Shown here in pieces: positions 33,620 through 43,976 of a DNA stretch of 64,000 nt (positions within the stretch are counted from its first letter, which is position 1; every line of letters starts with the position of its first letter). The DNA lies in contig CAVOHZ010000008.1 in NCBI GenBank assembly GCA_963695855.1, positions 512,001-576,000 of the forward strand, given 5' to 3'. This DNA comes from an uncultured Nitrososphaerales archaeon (GTDB lineage Archaea > Thermoproteota > Nitrososphaeria > Nitrososphaerales > Nitrososphaeraceae). The notes under the pieces are model-generated. The model saw nothing but the letters and a program-made list of their open reading frames with translations, was not told the DNA's origin and did not search any database. A program made the position numbers and the translations under genes.

Positions 33620-34570
33620 GTGCAAATGAGCAGTTTCGATTATGATATGAATAATAGTAAGCAGGGGGAAGGCCGGTGGTTCAATATTTTTAGATCTAGG
33701 TGTACAGCTGTACCACTGTTAATTATTCTAATGATAGCAGCGAGCAGTATAATTCTTGTCAACCAGAATATCGGAAAGGCTTATGCTCAACCGGAGACTA
33801 ACTTCCCACCGTCTATATTTTATAAATTAAGAAACGAGCCTTCATATCTAATTGACATTCCATTTAGTGCTACAGGACTTTCAACCTATGAACCTTCGCA
33901 GATCTCTATACCTACGGGTATGACAGTTATATGGTTCAATGATGATGATATAGAACACACTGTAACTACAACGGCCTCTAACTCAACATATAATGCTCCT
34001 GAGAGTTTTGATTCAGGACCCATAGTCACAGACGGAGGTTCTTTCATACATACTTTCGACAAGCCAGGAGTCTACCATTACTACGATACCTTTTATCCAT
34101 CAGTCCAAGGGACGATTATTGTGGATAGTACTGTAAAGGAGGGCAAGTACTTGAACATGATGATAGGAGGTAATGCATTACCATTCAACTCAAGCCAACC
34201 TCAGAGATTCGTGCTATCTTTTATTCCAAAAACTATTACTTTTCCACCTACTATTGCATTGACCTATAATGTTTCTATCTTAAATGCATCAACTGGTAAA
34301 GTATTATTCAGCCACAAGTATGATGATAGTGATGGAATACTAGACTTGGAACTAGTTCCATCTCATGCAGGTATGAACGCTTCACACTTTATTACATGGG
34401 GTCCAGACTTTATAGGTCAGGAAGCAGTCAATAACGATGGTACATTTCACATTAAAGGGCCGGTATTAATTGAAAATTCACCCTATACTGTAGATGTACA
34501 AATAACTGCAAAAGATAATAACGAAATATCACCGCCGGTGGGTGACCAGTTCATATTGCCAAATTCGTAG
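33620..34570 (+). CDS. Secreted cupredoxin-fold protein plus C-terminal domain
   Basis: 'PSQISIPTGMTVIWFNDD..EHTVT..FDSG..SFIHTFDKPGVYHYY'. Confidence 0.85.
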   Translation: MQMSSFDYDMNNSKQGEGRWFNIFRSRCTAVPLLIILMIAASSIILVNQNIGKAYAQPETNFPPSIFYKLRNEPSYLIDIPFSATGLSTYEPSQISIPTGMTVIWFNDDDIEHTVTTTASNSTYNAPESFDSGPIVTDGGSFIHTFDKPGVYHYYDTFYPSVQGTIIVDSTVKEGKYLNMMIGGNALPFNSSQPQRFVLSFIPKTITFPPTIALTYNVSILNASTGKVLFSHKYDDSDGILDLELVPSHAGMNASHFITWGPDFIGQEAVNNDGTFHIKGPVLIENSPYTVDVQITAKDNNEISPPVGDQFILPNS

Positions 34571-34698
34571 TCTAACTCTTATCATTTCTTACAGTACAAT
34601 TTTTTAGCCTGGAGAAATTGGACAAGATTCAGTTCTCACATTTTGGTGTAAATGCGGCCCTCAAATATTGCTTTCAAAATGGTAAATGTTAGTTTACT

Positions 34699-35446
34699 AT
34701 AATTGTCAATCTATGTATTTACATAACTGTTAAGCAGTAAAAGTTATAGCTAGGCATGTTCTCTTTATGATATGAAAGTTAGATTTGAAAGAAACATAAC
34801 ATCCACAGTATAGTTATGTATTCTCTTTATCTATACTTTCTTGGTCTAAGTTTTAAGACATACTTCCAAGACATCAGTATTATTTAAAGATGAGAATAAG
34901 AGAAGTTATGTGTCTGTATGGAACTGGATTCAGAGATTTGGATCCTGTCAGATCTATAAACGTAAAAGAATATCAGCCTTCATAATAGATGAAACAGTTA
35001 TTCAGATTGGTAGTCAACATTTCTGGTTATGGTTCTGTATAGAACCAATTCCTCGTTCAGTACTTGGAATATACATATCTGAGGAAAGAAATATGCTTGT
35101 TGCTGAAAAATTTATTCATTCACTAGTCGAGAAATATGGAAAACATGCCGTGTATACAGATAATGGTGTTACATGGTATGATGAAGCATGTAATGTAATT
35201 GGATTGAAACATTATGTACATTCTTCAATAGAGAAAAGTCTAATGGAACGGGTCAACTAGTATTTGAAAGACAGAATCGAGAGTTTTGATGATTATTATC
35301 GATGTATGCAGAAGAAAAATTGCAATCTATTTCATGTGTATAACTGGATACAATTCTTTGTATCTATGTATAATGATACAATAGCAAATAATAATAATGA
35401 TTTTGAGTTAGAGGAGGTGAGAATATTATCTTAAATTAACACAACC
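34699..35446 (+). mobile_element. IS6-family element, transposase pseudogene
   Basis: 'VSVWNWIQRF', 'IDETVIQIG', 'VYTDNG..WY', 'KSLMERVN*YLKDRIESFDDYY' with internal stop and frameshifts; right end CTTAAATTAACACAACC. Confidence 0.8.
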
Positions 35447-35629
35447 TGATTCACTATCAGTCTTAAAAGCAAATTCATTGCGCTCTTTATTACTATATAA
35501 TACAAGTTCATTATCTTCAAACCATTGCATTTTTAGTACGTGATTAGAGAAGAACAAATGAACAAAAATTTTTCGCACAGTCCAAATAATAGCAATAATA
35601 TTATTGTATAAAACTATAATAATAATAGT

Positions 35630-36049
35630 ATGACAAAGCAGGATTCTCATTCAGATTCAGAGTTAAAGAAAATCTACCAGTTGAAAAATATTGCAGTAGT
35701 TGGTATGTCAAAAAACGAAGAAAAGGCAGGAAATTTTGTACCTAAATACCTTATTGAACATGGATATAATGTTATTCCAGTCAATCCAACAATTTCTGAA
35801 GTATTGGGAAGAAAATCATATCCAACAATAGCAGACATTCCAGAAAGGGTAGATGTAGTAGACATATTTAGAAAATCAGAAGATGTACTTCCTGTAATAG
35901 ATGATGCACTTAACAGAAAAAATGACATTAAGGTGATTTGGATGCAGGAAGGCATCTACAATGAGGAGGCGGAGAAGAAAGCAAAGGAAAATGGCATGGA
36001 TGTTGTTTACAATAGGTGTATGATGGCAGAGCACAGACTTCTCTTTTAG
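35630..36049 (+). CDS. CoA-binding protein (YccU-like)
   Basis: 'IAVVGMS', 'GYNVIPVNP', 'VDVVDIFR', 'WMQEG', 'NRCM'. Confidence 0.93.
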   Translation: MTKQDSHSDSELKKIYQLKNIAVVGMSKNEEKAGNFVPKYLIEHGYNVIPVNPTISEVLGRKSYPTIADIPERVDVVDIFRKSEDVLPVIDDALNRKNDIKVIWMQEGIYNEEAEKKAKENGMDVVYNRCMMAEHRLLF

Positions 36050-36220
36050 AATATAAAGACATGAAATAGTCAGCCAGCCAACGTGATCCACAAAGTGTAA
36101 CGATAATCCATATCATTAGATAAAAAAAGATATGGGATTAGCGAGGCTCTAAAGGTTGTCACCTTTTCCTAAACACTTTTTGGTCTGACACTGAAGACTA
36201 ATGTCAATATAAAATGTCTA

Positions 36221-36830
36221 TCATTCTTTAATTAATACCTTCAGAGGGACCTCACCTTCTGCGTATTTTTCCCTGAATCTAATATGTTTTAATTTTAGTA
36301 ATTTTATGATTTCTCCATTTAGATCCCAAAACAATGTTAGAGCTGCCTTCTTCTCTTTATATGGTTGATTTTTGATTATAGACAATAATTCATCTTTTTC
36401 CCAAATTTCACTTTCTAAATATGGAGATATTCTTTTACTTTTTTTGTTCTTTATCCTGACAAATTCTGGAGTTCGCCAATTTTCATGATCAGTGTCATTA
36501 GCATGATTGTATAACCATCTATAAAAATGAAATAGTCTTAACCAATTGAGGTAATTGTTCCATGTTGATATCATTCTTTTATCAGGATTTCATAATAGTA
36601 TTAAGAAATTCTAAAATTTGTTCTTTTTTGGTTATAGCCTAAAAATCAAATGTTTTACCTATAAAATTACCAAATGTTATTATAAACTTTTATATTCTTA
36701 TTTTGATGATGTTCTGAAGAACTATTATTTCTCATATATTCTAGAAATTCATTTATTAGTTCTATATTTTTGGAATTAGGGATATTTTGAATTTTTCCTA
36801 TCGTTGTAAATAATTTCAATGATATTTATC
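36221..36830 (-). pseudogene. Tyrosine integrase remnant (N-terminal part)
   Basis: 'TWNNYLN..FYRWLYN..W.TP.FVRIK.KKSKRISPY.ESEIWEKDELL..K..LTLFWDL' resembles Nitrososphaera integrases; broken frames upstream, truncated downstream. Confidence 0.7.
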
Positions 36831-37203
36831 CTTCTATTATCCTCCTTCTTGCTTTTACAAAATCTTATAGCAAACCCAAGGTATATGAACCCACTTATAA
36901 ATGGGGCCAGTGGTTTCCATTGTGATATTGATACTAAAAATGGATTCATAATATAATCTACAATTGTCGCTATAAAGGTTTCGATTAGATTCTAACAGAG
37001 CGTTGCATGAATGCCTTGCAATGGATATGCCATATAATAAAAAAGTAATGAAGGGATGTGGACTCTCAAGTCGCAGAGTACCACCAAGCAGAAGAACGTT
37101 TGATAGACTTTTTGCTACAATATCCAGAGATATAAAAACTAAAATTATGGTTTTAACTTTCTAGTTCATTTCCGTTGTCAAATTCTTTCAGTTAGAAGGA
37201 AGG

Positions 37204-37740
37204 TTAATGAGTTTCTTTAGATGAATGTTTGTCTAAGCCATAGACAAGCTTTTCAACAATTCCTTGTAGCCCATTTGGAAAATGATTTTCTGTTTTTACA
37301 TTATTTAAGGCTATATCAATCGTATTATATCCGTTAATTAATATTCTAGTTGGGACTTCAGTCCATTTTATTTTACCGTGACCTGAAACATCTACAATTC
37401 CATCTATGCTAGTAAATCCATTTTGTTCAAGGATAACTTTTGTATCATTGCTTTGTTTGAAATTTGTAAATCCCATCTCGTGTCTATCAGAACCATTTAA
37501 TCCTACCATAGTAAAATCAGCGTTAAAATCTTGAATTTCACCATTGACAGATAATAAATTCCACCATCCTCCTGCCAAATATGGCTTTGTCTCATTAGAA
37601 ACGACTGTTGAATCAATCCATCCTTTGCTTGTAAAGGTTGAACCTATACTCTCTTGAGCAATTACAGACTGAGGATAAACCATAGCAAACATCCCCAAAA
37701 ATAGAGCAATGATATAAATTGTCATAATATATCTTGACAT
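37204..37740 (-). CDS. Secreted conserved hypothetical protein
   Basis: Signal peptide; 'GWWNL..NG..F.A.F.M...G..RH', 'NHF'. Confidence 0.8.
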   Translation of the reverse strand: MSRYIMTIYIIALFLGMFAMVYPQSVIAQESIGSTFTSKGWIDSTVVSNETKPYLAGGWWNLLSVNGEIQDFNADFTMVGLNGSDRHEMGFTNFKQSNDTKVILEQNGFTSIDGIVDVSGHGKIKWTEVPTRILINGYNTIDIALNNVKTENHFPNGLQGIVEKLVYGLDKHSSKETH

Positions 37741-37776
37741 ATTTCTTACGCTTTCGTATCGAATAAATACATTGTG

Positions 37777-37795
37777 GTTTATTCGTCGAATGTTC
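37777..37795 (-). promoter_or_regulatory. Palindromic operator copy upstream of BRE/TATA
   Basis: Minus strand GAACATTCGACGAATAAAC-CACAATG-TATTTATT, then ATG 37740. Confidence 0.75.
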
Positions 37796-38124
37796 TAGAT
37801 CTCGTATAACACCAATCTTAAGTATCTTGATTCTTATGAAACTAAAGATGTAATTGATAATAAGTAACGATACCAAACAATCACAGACAACAACGGAAAA
37901 AATAATACCATATCAGAAAAGATAGTCAGCAATAATAAGGATTTTTCAATATTCTATTAGCAGTTAAAACGGCATAATGATTGTTTATATTACATGAGAC
38001 AAAGCAGATATGAACCTTTAAGTGAAATAGATTGAACGAATGTCATTGATTCACAAGGTAATACAAAGAAGGGTTTATCGAGATGAAATGATAAAAAAAA
38101 TAATGATTTTTGATGTTGTTATTG

Positions 38125-38846
38125 CATTTTATTCTGTATGTGTGGCTCCAGTAGTAAGTTTTTCACTTCGAGAGTGACCATGTCTTCCTCTAGTTATTTC
38201 AGTTCCACACCGATAACAACTGTTGCAGTTGGTGGGACATCAATATCCTCATCAGTAGGATTAGATAGTGCAATATCTGTTATAGTTGTTACATTTCCCT
38301 CAGGTATTACATCAACATGATAGAGACATAGCTCACCTGGAGTTGAAATAAAGTAGGAAAATTTTCACGGGCTGTTAATGTCATGTTGGGGTCGGTCGAA
38401 CTCGAAGATTTTCAAGACTAACAGCTGCCAAATTGGGTGCAGAACCAATCAGTACTTGAATTGAAGAAGTACTGTTATCATCACATGGGGCTTTTAAGGC
38501 AACATGCCCTTTGAGATGTGATATGGCGTAGAATCATAAAGATGGATAAAATCTCCTCCGGGAATACTTTTATCTTGTAATAATATTGTAACTGAATCTC
38601 TGACTACGTTTGTTTTATAATAATCTTTTTTTTCTGATGGGTATTCTTCTCAGTAGCATGTACTGCATATGCTAAGGTAACATTCATCATTGTAGAATTG
38701 TCCATTCCCATAGTGTCGTTTTGGGCATAAGCGAATGTTGCGTTAGCCATGGTTGAATTATCAAGATTTGAACTGTCTTGAGCATAGGAAGGAATATGGT
38801 TAAACATTCCTGCTACAAGAGATACACTTAAAATTACAATTATCAC
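38125..38846 (-). pseudogene. Family A paralog 3, disrupted
   Basis: Signal peptide ORF 38604-38846, then shifted frames 'VRDSVTILLQDKSIPGGDFIHLYDSTP', 'KGHVALKAPCDDNS..IQVLIGSAP', 'PGELCLYHVDV..ITDIALSNPTDEDIDVPPT', closely matching 27804. Confidence 0.88.
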
Positions 38847-38855
38847 ATTTTTCTA

Positions 38856-39614
38856 GTTTCAAACCTATTTTAGTCAATTTCTAAGCGAGACGACGAGAAG
38901 AATGCATTTACTTACACAGGTTTCAAACCTATTTTAGTCAATTTCTAAGTGTTTCTGAAAGCCTTTCAGAGAATCATCGCGGACTAGGGTTTCAAACCTA
39001 TTTTAGTCAATTTCTAAGCACAGTACTGCTGCTTATCATATAGATGTATATAGTTTCAAACCTATTTTAGTCAATTTCTAAGCTTGCTGGATCTGGCTTG
39101 TATGTTCGATTGAATCCAGTTTCAAACCTATTTTAGTCAATTTCTAAGCACAGACCATTTCAACTAGCAAATAACTATCGCCTGTTTCAAACCTATTTTA
39201 GTCAATTTCTAAGCAAATAAATCTAAGGCGTTATATGAATTAGGAATCCTGGTTTCAAACCTATTTTAGTCAATTTCTAAGATATCACAGCTATTTGACA
39301 TAGGTTACGATAGCTGAGTTTCAAACCTATTTTAGTCAATTTCTAAGTATTATTGGCAACGACTTATATTTGCGATCGTAAGTTTCAAACCTATTTTAGT
39401 CAATTTCTAAGTTATCATTCAGTGTAATCGTTCAAGAATCGTCTATTAGTTTCAAACCTATTTTAGTCAATTTCTAAGGATAATGCAAACGTTGAAAACG
39501 CCTGCAGAATCATAGAGTTTCAAACCTATTTTAGTCAATTTCTAAGTGGAAGTAAGCAAATGGGTAATTCCAGCTATGTCTATGAGTTTCAAACCTATTT
39601 TAGTCAATTTCTAA
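38856..39614 (-). CRISPR. CRISPR array, 12 repeats and 11 spacers, no cas genes in window
   Basis: 30-bp repeat GTTTCAAACCTATTTTAGTCAATTTCTAAG starting at 38856, 38920, 38989, 39053, 39119, 39184, 39252, 39318, 39382, 39449, 39517 and 39586 (last lacks the final G); unique 34-39 bp spacers; reverse complement ends in TTGAAAC, implying minus-strand transcription. Confidence 0.98.
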
Positions 39615-39619
39615 TAATA

Positions 39620-40786
39620 AGTCAAGTGTCATCATGAATGTCGTTACACCATCTTCCAAATCTCTTATCCAGATATTCTGATATTGCATCTTTTTGTTCT
39701 TCTATACTGGTATAGAATCTATTTGCACACACATCTGATTTTATCTTCTGATTTACTTTTCTCTCATTTGGATTAAGGTATGGCGCCCTCTTTGGAAGGT
39801 GTATTATACTGAGCCAGTCTTTTTTCTGTGCATTGATATATTTTTTTGTCATCTTGCTTAGGTGAAATGAAGCGTTATCCCATACCAGTACAATTCTTTT
39901 CCAACCATTATTTTTCATTACATGTATCCTGAGATTCTCTAAATGGTTTATAGCATTGGTGGAATTTGATCTGTCATAGAAATCATACAACAGATTCTGT
40001 TCAGGCCATAGCATGGATATGTACATTGAGAATTTCTTTCTACTACCGTTATGCCTAATTTTTTGTTGTTCACCTTCAAAACTCATTGACTTTCTTATAC
40101 ATGGCTTCTGTGTTACTATAGTTTCATCTTCAAAGACCAACATCACTTTCTTTTTTTGAGAGCGGATGCTACTTGTTTGTAGTTCTTTACCTGTTTCTTT
40201 CCCTCTTCATAATCAGTCCCATGTTCAAGTTCAAGTCTGGTTCTCTCACATCTGATACCCATGTCCTTCAGTATCCTTTGAAGGTGTTTGAAACTGATTG
40301 GAATGTCAAGTTCTTCTGTAAGACACTTTGCCAGTGACCTCAGACTCCAGGTGTTTCTGATGAAACCAAAAATATTGGGATCGTTAAAAAGTACAGAAAG
40401 TATAGTCTCTCTATCCTCATCTGTTATACGGAATTTTGTACCACCTGGTTTCCTTATCTCCAATCCTTTTGTTCCTATCTGGAGATATGCCGATATCCAT
40501 CTTTGAACTGACCTGATACTGACACCATGTTCCTTCCTTTGCTATATCTGCAAAAGTTCTACCGTTGCTCTTCTGAAGTATTGCCATTAATCTGCGATAA
40601 TGCTTCTTGTCGGTACTATATTTCATCAACGACTTTAGACTGTTCTTCTGTCCTGTGGTGAGGTTGAGTTTGGTAGTAGAACCATGGTACATAGAATTAT
40701 GATATTCAGGATACCTTAGACTTTACCTATTCAATAATTTAGACCTGTTAGTTAAAAGGATATGACATTAACCAAGCCACTTGACT
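39620..40786 (-). mobile_element. IS630-family element (split transposase)
   Basis: TA-[AGTCAAGTG...CACTTGACT]-TA ends; ORFs 40417-40692, 40143-40463, 39622-40146 with 'FEDET', 'WDNASFH', 'LPKRAPYLNPNE'; A7 slippery run near 40150 plus an extra frameshift near 40530. Confidence 0.9.
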
Positions 40787-40789
40787 TAT

Positions 40790-41035
40790 CTGGAGGTCTA
40801 CCACTTTTTGGTCTGTTTTTTAATCCTTCTATATACCTTCTTTCCTGTACCTCTTTAACCAATCAGAAGCCCATGCCCTACTTCTGTGCAGATCTCTTGC
40901 CACCTGTGCAGACAATCCTTTGTCATATACTACGTTTAACACAAGCAACATTCTTTCCTTTACACCTGCATCCGATTCTCGTTTATACAGTTGTTCAAAT
41001 CTTTTCCTAGAAAGATTATTGTCTCTCTCAATCAA
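40790..41035 (-). pseudogene. 5' fragment of a second IS630-family transposase
   Basis: 'KERMLLVLNV..VARDLHRSRAWASDWLKRY..EG/LKNRPKSGRPP', cut off by the neighbouring IS630. Confidence 0.8.
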
Positions 41036-41143
41036 ATGGATAAACTGTATGCTTCCTTTCTTCAGCTAAATCTATTATTGTCTAAAGTGTATGAGCCTTA
41101 TGTTAAATTATTGTTAGCATAATTATATTAATTGGTATAATAC

Positions 41144-41323
41144 AGTTAAATATTTTAATTGTAATTATTGTGGAGCAGAATTTATTGTTGTAAAACCAGA
41201 TGATATACATACAAAACCAAATAAAAATAGAATTAAAAGAGATGATATCGAAATATTGCATAAATTCGATGAGTGTGGAAAGAATAATAAAATATATTTG
41301 TCTGAACAACAAAATTCTAAATA
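41144..41323 (+). pseudogene. Small zinc-ribbon protein remnant lacking a start codon
   Basis: Frame reads VKYFNCNYCGAEFIVVKPDDIHT...HKFDECGKNNKIY; second CxxC is degenerate. Confidence 0.45.
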
Positions 41324-41759
41324 ATTTTTAATATATCTTTGTTTTATTGTCTATTATTTTGTGATCTTATTTTGTTAACAATTCTATTATACGGCCCAAT
41401 ATTAGTAAAAGTAAATCTGTTAAATGAATGGTTTTCGAACTTAATGTCTTAAGTTTTAATTTCTAGTGGGTTCTTACTAAATTTTGTTCGTAAAAACTGC
41501 TATGTCAATTTCAATCTTTAGATGTTATAAACATATAATGAACCCCAAATGTTATATTATTTTTTGGTTAGTTAAATTCAAATCTATAAGAAAGGATTTT
41601 ATCAATTGTTATTGTTAACAGAACATTAGCTTCAAATGACTGTTATCTATTCAATAACCTAAAATAATAAACTGTTATCGGTTATTTCACAAATCAATTA
41701 TTTAAATCAGATATTAAAGTTAACTTTTTATTGATTATAGAATAAGAAACTCTGAGTGA

Positions 41760-42246
41760 CGAAAATACAACATGCAAACGATGCAATCATCTTACATTCT
41801 AGGTAATAAAGTATTAGTCAAATTTCTAACATTTCAATTTAACTCAGGAAACGTGATCTAAGTTTAAGCCCTATATTCGCTAAATCGGTTAAGAACAATG
41901 ACACGATATATTCTACATATGGCGGTTACCTAAGTCAATCGGGAGAGTGGAATCTAAAGGTAACGGTTCAGTGATCCAATTTATATGATCTAAATTATCG
42001 TCTCAGTGTTATGCTAAATAATAGCGCTGCAGTGTTATGCTAAATAATAGCGCTGCTAGTTTGCATCACCAACACGACGTCGATACTGTGAAAATTGAAG
42101 ATAAAACAAACAAGACAGCTAGTATGAATCTGATGGTAATTTTACTGTCTCTGGTGGTAGTTGCATTCTCTACCTACTTTTCAATTAAAGCGCTAAAACA
42201 TCTGAGAATAGCACAGCAAGGCTTTGGGCTACGAAATTATATTTAA
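41760..42246 (+). pseudogene. Remnant homologous to the C-terminal YtkA-like/TM part of the CopCD protein 44694
   Basis: 'IYSTYGGYLSQSGEWNLKVTVQ*SNLYDLNYR' vs 'VYAITGGYISQPGEWNVAIAAQRPSDYDLNYK'; 26-bp tandem duplication at 42004-42055. Confidence 0.75.
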
Positions 42247-42355
42247 ATTAAATGAAAACAGACAACCATTCCTTTGGTTCATTGATAAAATCATTTGTGT
42301 AGAATTAATGTTGCAAAGGGTACTATAAATTACATAGACAGTCACAAATTACTTA

Positions 42356-43420
42356 TTATTTACGTAACTGCAAGTCAAAGGCTTCTAATAGGTTTGGATG
42401 AATTTGTGTGTGAACTATCATCATAACATCTAGAGGTAAACCTTTTTTTGCAATTGAGTCATTAAGATGGGTGAGACCATTTTCCAGATTAGTAACAAAG
42501 GCCGTTACTTTTTTGTTGTCGCTTGGTGTCATATGCTTAAGTTTAGTGTCAAAGATTTCGAATGCCTTTGCAGCTAGTCCTTGAGCACTCTGGTAATCTG
42601 AAATATTAGATAGTGAGTAGCCCATATTCATTTCACCGCCTTGTTCCGTCATCATCATCGTATTGGACGAGGTATTCATAGATGGCATATTCATTTTCAT
42701 ATTGCTAGTGCCAGAATTATTCCCGGTTACAGGATTGCTCATAACCATGGAACTTGGACTACTGTTGTTCCCGATCATAACCATGTTTGACATATTGGTC
42801 ATGTCAAATCCAACATGGTATGCCTTTCCATAGTCTATTAGCACCTCATCTATCACATTGACAAGAACTAAGGCCTGAAGCTTTGTATTCGGATCTAGTT
42901 CCTGATTGGTATTGCTACCGCCAAATATGCTTTCTAGAGACTTTAGAGCTCCCTCCAAAAAGTTTAAAGAGGTTGGTTGCAGCTGAGCAATTCTAACAAT
43001 TGCGTCTTCATCCAGCCTTTTATTAAGATCATTTACGAGTTGACTTACACTTTTTAGTTGGCTTTCTGAAGATGATGACATGTTTTGCAGCTGACTCACA
43101 GCTCTTCTAAGATCACCTGTTAATCGTGGATTATCCTCTGTTATTTCAATCATTACCTTCGGAGTTAGAAGGGATGAGGCCTTAATCGCATGACTCTGAG
43201 CTAGTGACACGTTATTATTTTCTAGGTTTGCTACAACGAGCTCCAATTCTGCTTGGATTTGGTCTAGAATCCCTACAAAGGTAGCAGTTTCGTTTGGTGT
43301 AAAAAGATGTCCATATACCAGTAAATTATTAAAATCATCCATATTGAAAAGCATAATGATGAGGCAAATACCCAGGAGTAGAACTAGAAATTTGGTCTTT
43401 AGAGAAAGAGCTTGTATCAA
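42356..43420 (-). CDS. Secreted His1 helical protein with Met-rich insert, family B paralog 2
   Basis: VYG|HLFTPNETATF; 'FDMTNMSNM'; Met-rich loop; C-terminal 'MMIVHTQIHPNL'. Confidence 0.85.
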   Translation of the reverse strand: MIQALSLKTKFLVLLLGICLIIMLFNMDDFNNLLVYGHLFTPNETATFVGILDQIQAELELVVANLENNNVSLAQSHAIKASSLLTPKVMIEITEDNPRLTGDLRRAVSQLQNMSSSSESQLKSVSQLVNDLNKRLDEDAIVRIAQLQPTSLNFLEGALKSLESIFGGSNTNQELDPNTKLQALVLVNVIDEVLIDYGKAYHVGFDMTNMSNMVMIGNNSSPSSMVMSNPVTGNNSGTSNMKMNMPSMNTSSNTMMMTEQGGEMNMGYSLSNISDYQSAQGLAAKAFEIFDTKLKHMTPSDNKKVTAFVTNLENGLTHLNDSIAKKGLPLDVMMIVHTQIHPNLLEAFDLQLRK

Positions 43421-43705
43421 ATTTGGATTGCTCCTTGCAATGAATTATTCACGAAAAGGAGGCTTCCTATTACTACGACAAATACCAAAATACAGCTAAC
43501 TGACGTTACGTCTCCTTTATTCATTATACTGCGAGTGGTAAAACTCGATCTATTAATAGATTCTCTTTTTCTGACCATACCAAATCAATTATAGAGAATA
43601 TAATAAAGAAATTACTGCTGATCTTTATTAATTTATTATTTAAAGTCAAATTTTCATCATTCATTTTTATGAAATATTCTTGGAAAGATACACTGCTATA
43701 TAAAT

Positions 43706-43761
43706 AATAGTAAACGAAGTTAAGATATTATTAAATAGTAAACGAAGTTAAGATATTATTA
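43706..43761. repeat. 28-bp perfect tandem duplication
   Basis: aatagtaaacgaagttaagatattatta x2. Confidence 0.9.
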
Positions 43762-43918
43762 TAGTATATAATAATCACATGATATACCTTATTGTTTCCA
43801 TTTTCCTAAATTAATTGTTTTGTTTCACTACAAAAAGAATTACTAAAAGTTTCTCATTTTTTCGTAAATAAACAACAGGAATAAGGGTTCGCGTTCTTCT
43901 TGTTTCTATAAATTCCAT

Positions 43919-43937
43919 CATAATTCGTCATTTGTAC
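43919..43937 (+). promoter_or_regulatory. Degenerate operator copy upstream of TATA
   Basis: CATAATTCGTCATTTGTAC-TAATAAC-TTTTTATT, then ATG 43977. Confidence 0.6.
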
Positions 43938-43976
43938 TAATAACTTTTTATTCTACTTTCACGATTTAAAATATAA

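Noticed and set aside
37051-37090. GC-richer segment with a weak hairpin (gactct...agagt) near the integrase remnant
   Set aside because: Stem is short and imperfect, with no second copy and no promoter context
38953-38971. Palindrome TCTGAAAG-C-CTTTCAGA inside spacer 2
   Set aside because: Single occurrence inherited from the protospacer; no evidence of function here
38886-39585. Self-targeting spacers
   Set aside because: No match to any spacer noticed elsewhere in the window by eye; needs BLAST to exclude properly
39622-41035. ORFs beside the CRISPR array as possible novel cas/effector genes
   Set aside because: They carry clear IS630 HTH and DDE motifs inside TA-flanked TIRs; no RuvC/TnpB, Cas1 or RAMP signatures
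41814-41829. ttagtcaaatttctaa resembling half of the CRISPR repeat
   Set aside because: It lies in frame within the decayed CopCD-tail pseudogene (SQISNISI); the rest of the repeat is absent, so a chance AT-rich match is likely
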